From positions 166,761 to 230,760 of the forward strand of contig JAWLBL010000002.1 in assembly GCA_041687695.1 (NCBI GenBank): a DNA stretch of 64,000 nt, read 5' to 3'. The stretch is from Myxococcota bacterium. Lineage in GTDB: Bacteria > Myxococcota_A > UBA9042 > PHBI01 > JAWLBL01. A model generated the notes under the pieces. That model was not told where the DNA came from. It made no database searches and was given only the letters and a program-made list of their open reading frames with translations. Every line of letters starts with the position of its first letter. The first letter of the stretch is position 1. Shown here in pieces: positions 1-10,569 of the stretch. The position numbers were made by a program, and so were the translations under genes.

Positions 1-586
1 CCGGGGCGGGCAGGTCGCCGGGCAACGCGCACAGGAGCCGTGTCAGGGCCTGCGGGCCGCCGGTGGAGGCGCCGATGACGACGAGCTCGGTGGCGGTGGC
101 GGCGGTCGAGGGCGGCGGGGCTGGGAGCGGCTCGGGGAGGGTCTGGAGGGGCGGGGGCACGCGCGCGCCGGCGGCCGCGAGCACCTTGGCGACCAGATCG
201 CCCGACAGCTCGTAGAGGCGCTCGGTGGCGAGCGCGGTGGGCTTGTGCACGAGATCGATGGCGCCGCGGGAGAGGGCGGCCAGGCCCAGCTCGCTCTCGG
301 AGTCGGAGGTGCTGACGATGACGACGCGGGGGGCGACGGCGGGGTCGGCGCCGGCGAGGACGTCGAGGACCCCCAGCCCGTCGAGGTTGGGCATGACGAG
401 GTCGAGCGTGACGACGTCGGGGCGGAGCCGCGCGATCTTCTCGACGGCCTCGAGCCCGTCGCGCGCGGTGTCGACGACCTGCAGGCGGGGGTCGGCGGAC
501 AGCGCGGCGCGGAAGACCTTTCGGGCGAAGGCCGAGTCGTCGACGACGAGGACGCGGACCGGCGCCGGGTGGGAGACGTCCACCAT
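1..586 (-). CDS. cheB: Chemotaxis response regulator/glutamate methylesterase CheB (5' part; runs off left edge)
   Basis: Not in the ORF track; translated by hand from ATG at 586: MVDVSHPAPVRVLVVDDSAFARK...PDVVTLDLVMP (REC), then LVVIGASTGGPQAL (methylesterase motif). Lies directly after cheR. Confidence 0.93.
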   Translation of the reverse strand, partial: MVDVSHPAPVRVLVVDDSAFARKVFRAALSADPRLQVVDTARDGLEAVEKIARLRPDVVTLDLVMPNLDGLGVLDVLAGADPAVAPRVVIVSTSDSESELGLAALSRGAIDLVHKPTALATERLYELSGDLVAKVLAAAGARVPPPLQTLPEPLPAPPPSTAATATELVVIGASTGGPQALTRLLCALPGDLPAP

Positions 587-587
587 G

Positions 588-1418
588 TCAGCCTTGCCGC
601 CGGTACAGGAAGCAGCGGTCGAGCTCCTCGCACTCGAGGCGGGTGCCGAAGCGCAGGAGCGACTCGGAGACGCCGACGAGCAACGCGCCGCCGGGGGCCA
701 GGGCGCCCGCGAGGTGCTCGACGGTCTCGCGGACGACGTCGTCGCGGAAGTAGATGAGGACGTTGCGGCACAGGATGAGGTCGAAGGCGCCCTCGCGCGC
801 GACCGCGTCGATGGCGGCGGGGTCGACGAGGTTGACGCGGCGCCAGTCGATGGCGGCGACCAGCTCGGGGGCGACCGTCCAGCCGGTGGGGCTGGGGGTG
901 AGCCACGGGCGGGCTTCGGGGGGCAGCGGCTCGGTGCGGACCGCGCGGCGGCCGAAGCGGCCAGCGCGGGCGCGCTCGAGCGAGCGGCGGTTGAGATCGC
1001 TGGCGACGAGGTCGACCTTGTCGAGCAGCCCGCGGGCGGCGAGGAGCATGGCGAAGGTCAGGGGCTCCTCGCCGGTGCCGCAGGCCGCGGACCAGACGCG
1101 GGGGTGGCGGCCGTCGCGGACCGCCGGGGCGACGAGGCGGTCGATGGTGACGTGGAGCGGCGCGGCCTCGCGGAAGAAGTAGGTCTCGCCGACCAGCAGC
1201 GACTCGACGAGGGCGTCGGTGGCCTGGCCGGTCGGGTCGTCGTAGCGGAGGTGGTAGTAGTAGTCGAGCAGGGAGGGGAAGCCGGCGTCGGCCGCGACCG
1301 GGGCGACCTTGTGCGCGAAGAGGTCGAGGTCGGTGAGGTCGTAGTGGAGGCCGGAGCGCTCCTCGACCAGCGCGCTGAGGATGGCGAAGACCTGCGGCGA
1401 CAGCTCGGGCTCGGCCAT
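588..1418 (-). CDS. cheR: Chemotaxis methyltransferase CheR
   Basis: GETYFFRE, RVWSAACGTGEEP and FDLILCRNVLIYF motifs. Confidence 0.96.
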   Translation of the reverse strand: MAEPELSPQVFAILSALVEERSGLHYDLTDLDLFAHKVAPVAADAGFPSLLDYYYHLRYDDPTGQATDALVESLLVGETYFFREAAPLHVTIDRLVAPAVRDGRHPRVWSAACGTGEEPLTFAMLLAARGLLDKVDLVASDLNRRSLERARAGRFGRRAVRTEPLPPEARPWLTPSPTGWTVAPELVAAIDWRRVNLVDPAAIDAVAREGAFDLILCRNVLIYFRDDVVRETVEHLAGALAPGGALLVGVSESLLRFGTRLECEELDRCFLYRRQG

Positions 1419-1421
1419 CGG

Positions 1422-3761
1422 TCACCCGGCCAGCAGGAGGGCGCAGACGCGGCGGACCTCGGGGTCGGGGTCGCCGGCGGCGGCGCGCTGCAGGGCGGCG
1501 TGGGCCTCGCGCAGGCCGAGGGCGGCGAGCGTGGTGGCGGCGGCCTTGCGGGCCGCAGGGGCGGGGAGCGTGAGGGCCTGGAAGAGGGCGGCCGTCGCCT
1601 CGGGACCGCGCATCCGGGCCAGGGCCGAGGTGAGCAGCGGGGCGAGCTCGTCGTCGGCGGTGGCGAGGGCGTCGAGGATGGCCGTCAGGCGGCCGGTGCT
1701 GGGGCGGGCGAGGGCGGCGGTGGCCAGCGGGCGCCAGGCGTCCTGTCGGGCGAGCTCCACGAGCGCGCGAGAGGCGGCCACGTCGTCGCGCGCCGCGATG
1801 AGCTGCGCGGCGGCGACCCGCACTGAGTGGTCACGGTCCCGCGTGGCCTGCAGGAGGGCGGCGAGGACCTGCGGGCCCTCGAAGGCCGCGACGGAGCTGA
1901 CGGCGACCAGGCGGGTGGCCATGTCGGTCGAGGCCGCCGCCTCGAGCAGGATGGGCAGGGCCTCGGGGTGGCGGAGCAGGCCCAGGCCGATGAGGGCCGC
2001 GCGGCGGACGTCCTCGTCGGGGGCGCGCGTGGCTCGGATGAGGGTCGCGCGGGCGAGGTCGTTGTCCAGGAAGGCGAGGGCCTCGACGGCCGCGCCGCGG
2101 ACCTGGCCGGCCGGGTCGTCGATGAGGGCGGCGAGCTTGCGGGTGGCCCCGTCGTAGCGGATGCGGCCCAGGGACTGCGCGGCGTAGTAGCGGACCCAGG
2201 GGTCGGGATCGTCGGTGCCGGTCAGGAGGTAGGCGGCGACGCGCAGATCGCCGGAGGTCTGGCCCAGGGCGCGCATGGCGGTGGCGCGCGTCTTCGCGTC
2301 GGGGTCGCGGGCGGTGGCGAGCAGGGCCTCGAGGGCCCGGGGATCCTCGAGGAGGGCGAGGCCCTGCAGGGCGGTCTCGCGCAGGCGCGGGTCGGGGTCG
2401 TGGGCGTGCTGCAGGAAGACGTCGAGCGCCGCCGGGTAGCCGAAGTAGGCGAGGATGCGCAGGGCGGCGCGGCGCACCTGGACCGACTCGGACCGGGCGG
2501 CCTCGAGGGCGAGGGCCTCGGTGCGCGTGGTGCCGAGCGCCTGGATGGCGGCCATGGCGGCCTGGACGACGCGCGGGTGGGGGTCGGCGAGGCGGGGGAA
2601 GAGGGCGTCCACCGCGGTCGCCTGGCCGAGGCGCCCGAGGGCGTCGCAGGCGGCGGCGCGGACGGCCGCGTCGGGGTCGTCGAGGCACGCGAGCACGGCC
2701 TGGAGGCCGCTGGCGCGGGTGACGAGCGGGAGCAGGAGCGCGCGCTTGGCGCTGCCGCCCTCGGCCAGCGTGCGGTAGAGCTCGAGATCGGCGGCGCGGC
2801 CGAGGTGGCGGAGGGCGGCGGCGGCCTCGGCCGCGACCGAGGGCGGGCCGTCGAGCAGGCGGGTGAGGGCCGACAGGGCCGGGGGGCCGCCGGTGAACCC
2901 GAGCAGGCGCGCGATGGCCTGCTGCTCGGCGGGGTTGGCCTCGCCCACCGCGCGGCCGAGGCGCCCGGCGCCGGCCGGGGGCAGGGAGCGCTGGATGGCC
3001 TCGTCGATGGAGGCGGCCGCTCCATAGCGCTCTGAGTGCACCTGGATCAGCTCGGCCAGGGCCAGCGCGGCCACCCGGACGAAGGCGTCCGAGTGCCGCC
3101 CGAGGAGCCGCGCGAGCGGCGCGACCGCCTGCCGTTCGCCGGTGCGCCCCAGGGCGCGGGCGGCCTCGAGCGCGTACTGGGGATCGGCCAGGAGCTCCGC
3201 CAGCGGCTCGACGGCCCGCGGATCGCCCGAGCGGCCGAGCACGTCGATGGCCGGGAAGACCCGGAAGAAGTTGCCGCTGCGCACCGCGGCGACCAGCGAC
3301 TCGACGGCGGCCCGGCCCCCCACGCGCCCGAGCGCCTCGATCGCGGCGACCGCCACGTTGTCGTCGGCGTGGTCGAGCAGGCGGACCAGGGTCGCCACGG
3401 AGCGCGGGTGCCGCCGGCGCCCCAGGATCTGCGCGGCGTCGGCGACGACCGCCGGGTCGCGGTGCTCGGCCATCTGCTCGGCGGCCGCCTCGGCCTGCCC
3501 GGTCGAGGCGACCAGCGCGTCGACCGCCGCCGCGACCCGCGCCTCGTCGTCCCGTCGCGTCTCGAGCACCTCGCGCAGGGCCGGCGCGGCCGCGTCGCCC
3601 AGCGCCCCCAACGCCGACGTCACGGCGCGGCGCACGGTCCAGCTGGGATCGTCCAGCATGCCCACCAGGCCCTCGACGCCATCGGCGCCCAGCAGCATCA
3701 GGGCGTCGACGCGCTCGACCCGCTCGCGCTCGGCCTCGCTCAGCACGTGAATCGAGCTCAC
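1422..3761 (-). CDS. HEAT/PBS-lyase repeat protein within the che operon (Cpc7-like)
   Basis: 779 aa of repeated 'L.D.D..VR.AA..ALG' units; GTG start overlaps the MCP stop. Confidence 0.9.
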   Translation of the reverse strand: MSSIHVLSEAERERVERVDALMLLGADGVEGLVGMLDDPSWTVRRAVTSALGALGDAAAPALREVLETRRDDEARVAAAVDALVASTGQAEAAAEQMAEHRDPAVVADAAQILGRRRHPRSVATLVRLLDHADDNVAVAAIEALGRVGGRAAVESLVAAVRSGNFFRVFPAIDVLGRSGDPRAVEPLAELLADPQYALEAARALGRTGERQAVAPLARLLGRHSDAFVRVAALALAELIQVHSERYGAAASIDEAIQRSLPPAGAGRLGRAVGEANPAEQQAIARLLGFTGGPPALSALTRLLDGPPSVAAEAAAALRHLGRAADLELYRTLAEGGSAKRALLLPLVTRASGLQAVLACLDDPDAAVRAAACDALGRLGQATAVDALFPRLADPHPRVVQAAMAAIQALGTTRTEALALEAARSESVQVRRAALRILAYFGYPAALDVFLQHAHDPDPRLRETALQGLALLEDPRALEALLATARDPDAKTRATAMRALGQTSGDLRVAAYLLTGTDDPDPWVRYYAAQSLGRIRYDGATRKLAALIDDPAGQVRGAAVEALAFLDNDLARATLIRATRAPDEDVRRAALIGLGLLRHPEALPILLEAAASTDMATRLVAVSSVAAFEGPQVLAALLQATRDRDHSVRVAAAQLIAARDDVAASRALVELARQDAWRPLATAALARPSTGRLTAILDALATADDELAPLLTSALARMRGPEATAALFQALTLPAPAARKAAATTLAALGLREAHAALQRAAAGDPDPEVRRVCALLLAG

Positions 3762-6067
3762 GTGGCCTCCTGTCGAGCGCCCTCACGCCCCTCGTCCGCC
3801 GGCGCGCCCGCCCCCCGCGGCGCCGCCAGCACGGCCGCCGCCTCGGCGATGGCCCGCCCCTGCTCGCCCATGGTCTGCCCCAGGCCCTGCACCCGCCCGT
3901 TGTGCCGCGCGACCGCCTTGGTCAGCGCCCCCAGCGCGTCAGCCTGCTCGCCCACGGCGCGCGTCGTCTGCCGCGCCACGCGCCGCACCTCGTCGCCCTG
4001 CCGCGCCAGGTCCTCGGCCGCGCGCGCCTGCTCGGTGGTCGCCCCCCGCACCGACACCGCCAGCCGCGCCACCTCGCGCGCCGTCGCCTCGAGCTGCCGC
4101 GCCGCCTCGGCCTGCTCCGCCACCGCCCGCGCCGTGTGCCCCGCCTGCTTGCGCGTCATCTCCATCGCCTTGGCCACCTCGGACGCCCCTCGCGACTGCT
4201 CGCCCAGGCTGCCGATGGTCCGCCGCATCGCGGTCACCGTCTCACGCGCCCCCTGCAAGACGCCCCCCAGCTGCCGCGACTGCTCCTGCATGGCCACGCT
4301 CGTCTGCCGCGTCAGGTGCCGCATCTGCTGCGCCGTCCGCGCCAGCTGCGTCGCCCCGGCCGACTGCTCCTCCGTCGCCCGCGCCACCCGCTCCGCGCTG
4401 CCGCTGACCTGCTCGGTCAGCCGCATGATCTCGCGCACCGCCTTGGCCTGCTCCTGCGTCGCCTCGCGCGTCTGCCGCGCCATCTGCGCCATCTCGGCGC
4501 TCGACCGCCCCAGGTTCTGCGTCGCCCCGGTCTGCTCGGCCGCCGCCTGCGCCACGCGCCGCCCCTCGTCGCCCAGCCGCGCGCTGACCTGCGCCATCTG
4601 CTGCGTCACGGGCACCTGCTCGGCGCTCGCGCGATCGACGTCACGCACCGCCGCCCCCAGCTCCTCGACCCCCGCCACGATCTGCCCCAGCGCCTGCTCG
4701 GCCTCGCTCGCCAGCTGTGTCCCCTCGTCGGCCACCCGCACCCCCTCCGCCGACGCGCTCACCGCCTCGCGCGCCGTCGACTGCAGCCCGCGCACGATCT
4801 TCGCGATGTCCGCGCTCGCCGCCGCCGCCCGGTCCGCCAGCGCCCGGATCTCCTCGGCGACCACCGCGAAGCCGCGCCCGTGCTCGCCCGCCCGCGCCGC
4901 CTCGATGCTGGCGTTGAGCGACAGCAGATTCGTCCGATCCGCGATGAGGTTGATCGTCTGGACGATGTCCCCGATGTCCTCGGCCCGCTGCCCCATCGTC
5001 TTGATGACGCCGGCCGACTCGGTCATCGCGCTCCGGATGCGCCCCAGCCCCGCGATCGACCGCCGCACCTTCTCCCCGCCCTCGCGCGCGGTGCCCGTCA
5101 CCCGCTCGGCCGTCTGCCGCGCGTTGCCTACGATGCCCGCGATCTGCCGCGCGCCCGCCTCGAGCTGCGTCGCCGCGCCCGCGTTGTCCGCCGCGAGCTG
5201 CCCGATGTGCTCCGCGCTCTGCGACAGGCTCTGCGACGACCGGACCAGCTGCGCGATCGCGCTGGCGGTGCCCTCGACCACCACGGCGTTCTTGTCGGCC
5301 GTCGCCGCGACCTCTTCGACCGACGTCGCCACCTGCCGGCTGGCCCCCGCCGACGCCGACGCCGACGCGACCAGCTGCCGCGCGTGGTCGGCCACCTCGC
5401 GCACCGAGCGGGCCATCTCCTCGGCCGTCGCCGACGTCTCCTCGACCCCGGAGGCCATCTCCTCCGCCCCGCTCGCCACGGCTTCGAGCGCCGCCACGGT
5501 CGTCTCGATGGTCCCCGCCATCGCGTCGGCGCGCTCGCCGCTCTCCTTCGCGTCCGCCGCCAGCCGCCCGATGCCCCGCGCCATCTCCTCGATGGTCGCC
5601 GCGATCTCCTCGACCGCGCTGGCGTGCTCGTCCCCCCGCGCCGCCGCGTCCCCGCTGGTCGCGCTGGTCTCGGTCGCGATCGCCAGCAGCTCCTCGCCCG
5701 CGGCCGCCAGCGCCTCGGCGTCCCGGTCGACGCCCTTGATCGATCGCGCGACCTCCTCGAGCGTCACCGCCGTCTGCTCGGCCGAGGCGCTCAGCCGCTC
5801 GGTGTCGCGACGGACGCCCCCCACCGACGTCGCCAGCTCCTCGAGGCCGCTCGCCGCGTCGGCCAGCCCCTCGCGCACCTCGGCCGTCGTCTCCTCGACC
5901 CGCCCCTGCAGGCGCGCCGCCCGCGCGACCGCCCCGGCGGCCCGCTCGAGGCCCGGCCCGCCACGCCCCGCGCCCGCGGACTCGCCGTCGCCGGTCGCCG
6001 CCTCGGTCCCCGTCCGCGCCTCGCCGCGGCCCGGCCGCTCGTCACGCTCGTTCAGCCTGGTCCCCAT
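3758..6067 (-). CDS. Cytoplasmic methyl-accepting chemotaxis protein (no transmembrane segment)
   Basis: Signalling hairpin [34 protein letters not shown] with long coiled-coil arms and no hydrophobic TM stretch. ATG at 6067 preferred over the ORF-track start at 6082. Confidence 0.93.
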   Translation of the reverse strand: MGTRLNERDERPGRGEARTGTEAATGDGESAGAGRGGPGLERAAGAVARAARLQGRVEETTAEVREGLADAASGLEELATSVGGVRRDTERLSASAEQTAVTLEEVARSIKGVDRDAEALAAAGEELLAIATETSATSGDAAARGDEHASAVEEIAATIEEMARGIGRLAADAKESGERADAMAGTIETTVAALEAVASGAEEMASGVEETSATAEEMARSVREVADHARQLVASASASAGASRQVATSVEEVAATADKNAVVVEGTASAIAQLVRSSQSLSQSAEHIGQLAADNAGAATQLEAGARQIAGIVGNARQTAERVTGTAREGGEKVRRSIAGLGRIRSAMTESAGVIKTMGQRAEDIGDIVQTINLIADRTNLLSLNASIEAARAGEHGRGFAVVAEEIRALADRAAAASADIAKIVRGLQSTAREAVSASAEGVRVADEGTQLASEAEQALGQIVAGVEELGAAVRDVDRASAEQVPVTQQMAQVSARLGDEGRRVAQAAAEQTGATQNLGRSSAEMAQMARQTREATQEQAKAVREIMRLTEQVSGSAERVARATEEQSAGATQLARTAQQMRHLTRQTSVAMQEQSRQLGGVLQGARETVTAMRRTIGSLGEQSRGASEVAKAMEMTRKQAGHTARAVAEQAEAARQLEATAREVARLAVSVRGATTEQARAAEDLARQGDEVRRVARQTTRAVGEQADALGALTKAVARHNGRVQGLGQTMGEQGRAIAEAAAVLAAPRGAGAPADEGREGARQEAT

Positions 6068-6494
6068 CGAGTCGCTCCTCACCGATGACCTTGCGTACGT
6101 CCAGCAACATGAGCAGGCGCCCGTCCACCTGGGCGACGGCGCGCACCCACCCCTCGGCCTGGCGCGCCACCAGCTCGGGCGGCGCCTCGAAGGCCTCCGA
6201 CGGCACCCGCACCACCTCTCGCGCGCGGTCCGCCAGCAGCCCCAGGCTGCGTTCGCCCTCTCGGACCACGATGACGCGCGATCCCAGGGTCGGCGCCTGC
6301 GGCTCGAGGCCGAAGCGCGCCCGCAGGTCGATGACCGGCAGCACCGCCCCTCGGATCTGCACGAGCCCCGCGACCCACGGCGGCGTCTCGGGCACGCGGG
6401 TCGCGCCCTCGAAGGGCGCCATCTGCACGATGTCGAGCGCCGGCAGCACGTACTCGGCCTCGCCCACGCCGAAGGCCACGTGGAGATCGCTCAT
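6042..6494 (-). CDS. cheW: Chemotaxis coupling protein CheW
   Basis: C-terminal part of ORF 6042..7688: MSDLHVAF...[26 protein letters not shown]...LLMLLDV. ATG overlaps the cheA stop. Confidence 0.94.
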   Translation of the reverse strand: MSDLHVAFGVGEAEYVLPALDIVQMAPFEGATRVPETPPWVAGLVQIRGAVLPVIDLRARFGLEPQAPTLGSRVIVVREGERSLGLLADRAREVVRVPSEAFEAPPELVARQAEGWVRAVAQVDGRLLMLLDVRKVIGEERLDGDQAERA

Positions 6495-8521
6495 GCGGCC
6501 ACCTCTCGGACGCCGCGCGGCGCGCTCCCCGGCGTCAGCGCGCCCGCCAGGCCGGGCAGATCCAGCACCAGCGTGGGCCGCCCGTCGCCCAGGTCCGTGG
6601 CGCCCGACACGCCGGTGACCCGCACCAGCGGGTCCTCGAGCGGCCGCACGACCACCTCCTGCTGGCCCCGCATCCGATCGACCTCGAAGGCGAAGCGCGC
6701 CTCGCCGCGCCGGACCACCAGCGCCTTGGTCGGCCCCTCGCCGCGCGATAGCCCGAAGATCGCCGCCAGCGACAGCAGGGGCACCGCCTTGCCGCGGCGA
6801 GCCATCAGCCGCGCGTCCGCCCGCCCACGCGCCCGCGCCGGCGCGGCGACCAGGGCGGCCTCGTCGACCGCGACGATCTCCTCGACGGCCGCGATGGGCA
6901 CGACGAAGGCCTGCCCGCCGGCCTCGAAGGCGAACGCGTCGACGATGGTGATGGACAGCGGGACGAGCAGCGAGAAGGTGGTCCCGCGGCCGAGGCGCGT
7001 GTCGAGGCGCAGCTCGCCGCCCAGCTCGTCGACCACGACGCGGCGTACGATGTCCATGCCCATGCCGCGCCCGCTGGTCTCGGTGGCGCGCGTCGCCGTG
7101 CTGAGCCCCGGCCGGCACAGCCGCTCGAGCAGCTCCTCGGCGCCGTCCGCCCCCGGCAGTCCGTCCCGGGCGGCGACGGCGTTCGGGTCGATGCCGCGCC
7201 CGTCGTCCGTCACCTGCAGCTCGAGGCGCTGACCGGCCCGCTCGCGACAGACCACGCGCACCAGCCCCTCCTCGGCCTTGCCGGCGTCGGCCCGCTCGGC
7301 GGGCGCCTCGAGCCCGTGGTCGACGGCGTTGCGGACCAGGTGCACCAGCGCCGGGAAGACCCGCTCGGCCACGCCCTTGTCGAGCTCGGCGCGGCCGGCC
7401 TCGACCTCGAGCCGGACGCGTTTGCCGGTGGTGCGCGCGAGCCCTCGCACGATGAGCGGGACCCGCTCGAGCAGCCCGGCGACGCTGACCAGCCGCGCGC
7501 GCATGATGGCCCCACGCAGATCGCGCAGCTGCCGCCGGTGATCGGCCAGGATGCCGTCCAGCTCGCGCGCGTCGACGCCGGCCTCGCGCAGCGCCTCGAC
7601 CGCGCGCTCGAGGCGAAAGCGCGTCACGACCAGGTCCGCCAGCCGGTCCAGCGCCTCGTCGAGCCGCGCCACGTCGACCCGCACCCACCCGGCGCGGCTG
7701 GCGCCGACCGCCTGCGAGATCGCCTCGTCGTCGTCCTCGGCCAGCGCTGGCGCCGGACTCCGTCGCGCCAGCGTGACCACCTCGGCCGGCTCGACCCCGA
7801 CCGCCCGCGCGAGGTCGGCGTCGTCGGCCGCGGTCAGGCCCACGATCGCGAAGGCCAGCCCGCCCGGGCTCGACGGCCCCGCCGGCCGCGACAGCGGTAC
7901 GACCTTGACGATCTCCAGCTGCTCGGCCAGCCGCTCGCGCACGGTGGTGATGGTCTCGCCCGCGGCCGCGCGCGCCGGGGTCGGCACGAAGTCGACCCGG
8001 ACCGCGCGCCGCCCCGCGGCCACCCCCTGGGCCAGGACCTCTCGGTCGCCCGGCGCGACGCGGGCGGCCAGCTCCTCGGGGATGTGCAGGTCCTCGGTCG
8101 GCCCCGCCGCGGAGGCCTCGCCCGGCCCACCGAGCGCCTCGAGCCGCTCGAGCAGCCCCGGCGGCGGCGCGGGCACCGCTCGCCCGGCGGCCAGGGCCTC
8201 GACGCGCTGCCCGATCGCCGCCGCGCCGGCCAGCAGCGCCTCGACGTCGCCCGCGATGGGGCGGCGGTCGCGGTCGGCCTCGCGCAGCACCGCCTCCATG
8301 ACGTGCGCGATGGCGACGATGGGCGCGACGTCGACCATCGCGGCCAGCCCCTTGAGCGTGTGGACGGCCCGGAACACGTCGCGGACGGCCCCCGCGCTCG
8401 GGGCGCCACGCTCGGCAGCCCGCTCGATGGCCAGCAGCCGGCCTTCGACCGTCTGCAGGTGCTCCTGGGCCTCGGCGACGAAGCCGGCGAGGAACTCGCG
8501 CTTGAGGTCGTCCGTCGCCAT
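6491..8521 (-). CDS. cheA: Chemotaxis histidine kinase CheA
   Basis: Hpt FRAVHTLKG, HLVRNAVDHGLE, DDGRGID, SGRGMGMD and a C-terminal CheW-like domain. Start MATDDLKREF at 8521. Confidence 0.96.
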   Translation of the reverse strand: MATDDLKREFLAGFVAEAQEHLQTVEGRLLAIERAAERGAPSAGAVRDVFRAVHTLKGLAAMVDVAPIVAIAHVMEAVLREADRDRRPIAGDVEALLAGAAAIGQRVEALAAGRAVPAPPPGLLERLEALGGPGEASAAGPTEDLHIPEELAARVAPGDREVLAQGVAAGRRAVRVDFVPTPARAAAGETITTVRERLAEQLEIVKVVPLSRPAGPSSPGGLAFAIVGLTAADDADLARAVGVEPAEVVTLARRSPAPALAEDDDEAISQAVGASRAGWVRVDVARLDEALDRLADLVVTRFRLERAVEALREAGVDARELDGILADHRRQLRDLRGAIMRARLVSVAGLLERVPLIVRGLARTTGKRVRLEVEAGRAELDKGVAERVFPALVHLVRNAVDHGLEAPAERADAGKAEEGLVRVVCRERAGQRLELQVTDDGRGIDPNAVAARDGLPGADGAEELLERLCRPGLSTATRATETSGRGMGMDIVRRVVVDELGGELRLDTRLGRGTTFSLLVPLSITIVDAFAFEAGGQAFVVPIAAVEEIVAVDEAALVAAPARARGRADARLMARRGKAVPLLSLAAIFGLSRGEGPTKALVVRRGEARFAFEVDRMRGQQEVVVRPLEDPLVRVTGVSGATDLGDGRPTLVLDLPGLAGALTPGSAPRGVREVAA

Positions 8522-8904
8522 CAGCCGCCGTGTCCGGCGCCCGCGAGCAGCTCCCTCACCACGGACAGGATCTCGGGGGGCGAGAACGGCTTGGTCATGA
8601 AGCGGCTCGCGCCGGCCTCGAGCGACCGCTCGCGCGAGACCTCGTCGCCGCGGGTCGTCACGACCAGGATGGGCAGCGCCTTGAGCGTGTCCTGCGCGCG
8701 GACGAACTCGAGCACCTCGAGTCCGCCGATGTCGGGCATGTTCAGGTCGAGCACCATGAGATCGAACGGCTCGAGCGAGAGCCGCTCGATGGCCTCGAGC
8801 CCGCTCGCGGCGTGCTCGAACGTGAGCCCTTCCTGGGCCCGCAGGCACGCCACGATCATCTCGCGCATGAGTTTGCTGTCGTCGACGACGAGGACCTTCG
8901 ACAC
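8521..8904 (-). CDS. cheY: Single-domain response regulator CheY
   Basis: KVLVVDDS, LDLNMPDIGG and KPF motifs. GTG start at 8904 chosen because the upstream alternative at 8928 abuts the predicted -10 box. Confidence 0.9.
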   Translation of the reverse strand: MSKVLVVDDSKLMREMIVACLRAQEGLTFEHAASGLEAIERLSLEPFDLMVLDLNMPDIGGLEVLEFVRAQDTLKALPILVVTTRGDEVSRERSLEAGASRFMTKPFSPPEILSVVRELLAGAGHGG

Positions 8905-8929
8905 GGGGACCGCCTTTCGGAGCGTCACG

Positions 8930-8959
8930 ACGGTAGGGAGGGCCGCCAGAGGGTGTCAA
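8930..8959 (-). promoter_or_regulatory. Putative sigma-70 promoter of the che operon
   Basis: Minus strand TTGACA-18 nt-TACCGT upstream of cheY. Confidence 0.55.
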
Positions 8960-9092
8960 TCGTCCGGGCCTCGAGACGGTCCGACTGTGAGACACATCGC
9001 GAATTCGCTCGGGTGACGCGCCCTCCCAAGGGGGCGCGAGCGCACGGCCGGCGCGTCCTCGGACCCGGATCCGCCCGTCCAGGGGCCCCTCG

Positions 9093-9122
9093 TTGACCAT
9101 CTCCGTGGACGCCCCCTATTGT
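9093..9122 (+). promoter_or_regulatory. Putative sigma-70 promoter of the hybrid kinase (probably a leaderless or near-leaderless transcript)
   Basis: TTGACC-18 nt-TATTGT ending 8 nt before ATG 9131; no Shine-Dalgarno seen. Confidence 0.5.
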
Positions 9123-9130
9123 CGCCCGCC

Positions 9131-10555
9131 ATGTCGGACCAAGCAGCCACTCGGCCCCTGGTGTGGGTCGTCGACGACAGCCCGCTCGAGGCGCGCCACG
9201 CGCGCGAGATCCTCGAGGGCCGCTACGAGGTCGAGGTCTTCGGCGACGGCGCGACCATGCTCGAGCGGCTCGAAGGCGCGCCGACACCGGACGTGCTGGT
9301 CCTCGACTGGGTGATGCCCGAGCTGAGCGGCCTCGACATCTGCCGCTTCATCCGCGCCCGCCGCGATCGCGCCGCGAGCCTGGGCATATTGATGGTCACC
9401 GCGCAGCGCCAGACCGAGCAGCTCGTCGCCGGGTTCGCCGCGGGCGCCGACGACTACCTCCCCAAGCCCTTCGCCCCCGAGGAGCTGCGCGCCCGCGTCG
9501 GGGCGCTCGCGCGGACCCGCATGCTGCTCGACCGGGCCGAGCGGGCCGAGGCCGACTTCCGGCACCTGCTCGCGAGCCTCCCCGACCCGGTGCTGGTGCT
9601 GAACGACAAGCGCGTGGTGACGTACGCCAACGACGAGGCCAAGCGCCTCCTCGGCCCCCCCGACAGCAGCGTCATCGGCCAGCCGCTCGCCCAGCTCGTC
9701 CCCGAGCTCGACGCCCAGCTCGCCGACCCGGCCTTCGACAGCGCGGCGCTCCTGCCCGACCTGCGCGTCTGGAACCGCATCTACTCGCCCTCGGTCGCCG
9801 CCCTGTCGCGGCGCGGCCCCCAGCACCACGCCGTGGCGCTGCGCGACGTGACCTGGCAGCGGCAGAACGCCAACCGTCGCGCCGACGTGTACGCCGTGGT
9901 CGCCCACGACCTCCGCTCGCCGCTGACGGCGATGACCCTGCGCCTCGAGCGCCTGCTGCGCCGCCAGCGCGACGCCATGGCGCCCGATCTGGTGGTCGAG
10001 CTGGGCAAGATCCAGGCCAGCGTGGGCGCCATGATCGCGATGACCAACGAGTTCCTGGACTTCGCGCGGCTCGAGAGCGGCCAGTTCCCGATGGAGCGCG
10101 AGCGCTTCGACCTGTGGCAGGTGGTCGCCGACACGCTCGAGGAGCTCGCGCCCCTGTTCGAGGTCAACGACCTGACCATCGAGCGCGACGGCGCCGCGGG
10201 CCGGTCCTTCGTCGTCGGCGACCGCCGCCGGCTGGGGCAGGTGGTCTCGAACCTGGTCGCCAACGCCGTGAAGTTCACCCCGCCCACCGGCACCATCCGG
10301 GTCTGCGTGCGCGACCAGGACGACGGCTTCGAGGTGCGCGTCGAGGACACGGGCTGCGGCATCGACCCCGCCCGCATCCCCCACCTGTTCAACCGCTACA
10401 CGCGGGCCGTGGACACCCACCACGAGGTCAGCGGGACCGGCCTCGGCCTGATGATCGTGCGCGAGATCGTGCAGGCCCACGGCGGCCAGGTCGGCGCGAC
10501 CAGCGAGCCGGGCGAGGGCAGCACCTTCTGGTTTCGGCTGCCCCGCCCGAGCTGA
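9131..10555 (+). CDS. Hybrid sensor histidine kinase (REC-PAS-HisKA-HATPase)
   Basis: VWVVDDS...LDWVMPELSG (REC); PAS-like LPDPVLVLN; AHDLRSPL; NLVANAVKF; DTGCGI; GTGLGL. Confidence 0.93.
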   Translation: MSDQAATRPLVWVVDDSPLEARHAREILEGRYEVEVFGDGATMLERLEGAPTPDVLVLDWVMPELSGLDICRFIRARRDRAASLGILMVTAQRQTEQLVAGFAAGADDYLPKPFAPEELRARVGALARTRMLLDRAERAEADFRHLLASLPDPVLVLNDKRVVTYANDEAKRLLGPPDSSVIGQPLAQLVPELDAQLADPAFDSAALLPDLRVWNRIYSPSVAALSRRGPQHHAVALRDVTWQRQNANRRADVYAVVAHDLRSPLTAMTLRLERLLRRQRDAMAPDLVVELGKIQASVGAMIAMTNEFLDFARLESGQFPMERERFDLWQVVADTLEELAPLFEVNDLTIERDGAAGRSFVVGDRRRLGQVVSNLVANAVKFTPPTGTIRVCVRDQDDGFEVRVEDTGCGIDPARIPHLFNRYTRAVDTHHEVSGTGLGLMIVREIVQAHGGQVGATSEPGEGSTFWFRLPRPS

Positions 10556-10569
10556 CGACGCGCGCCGGG

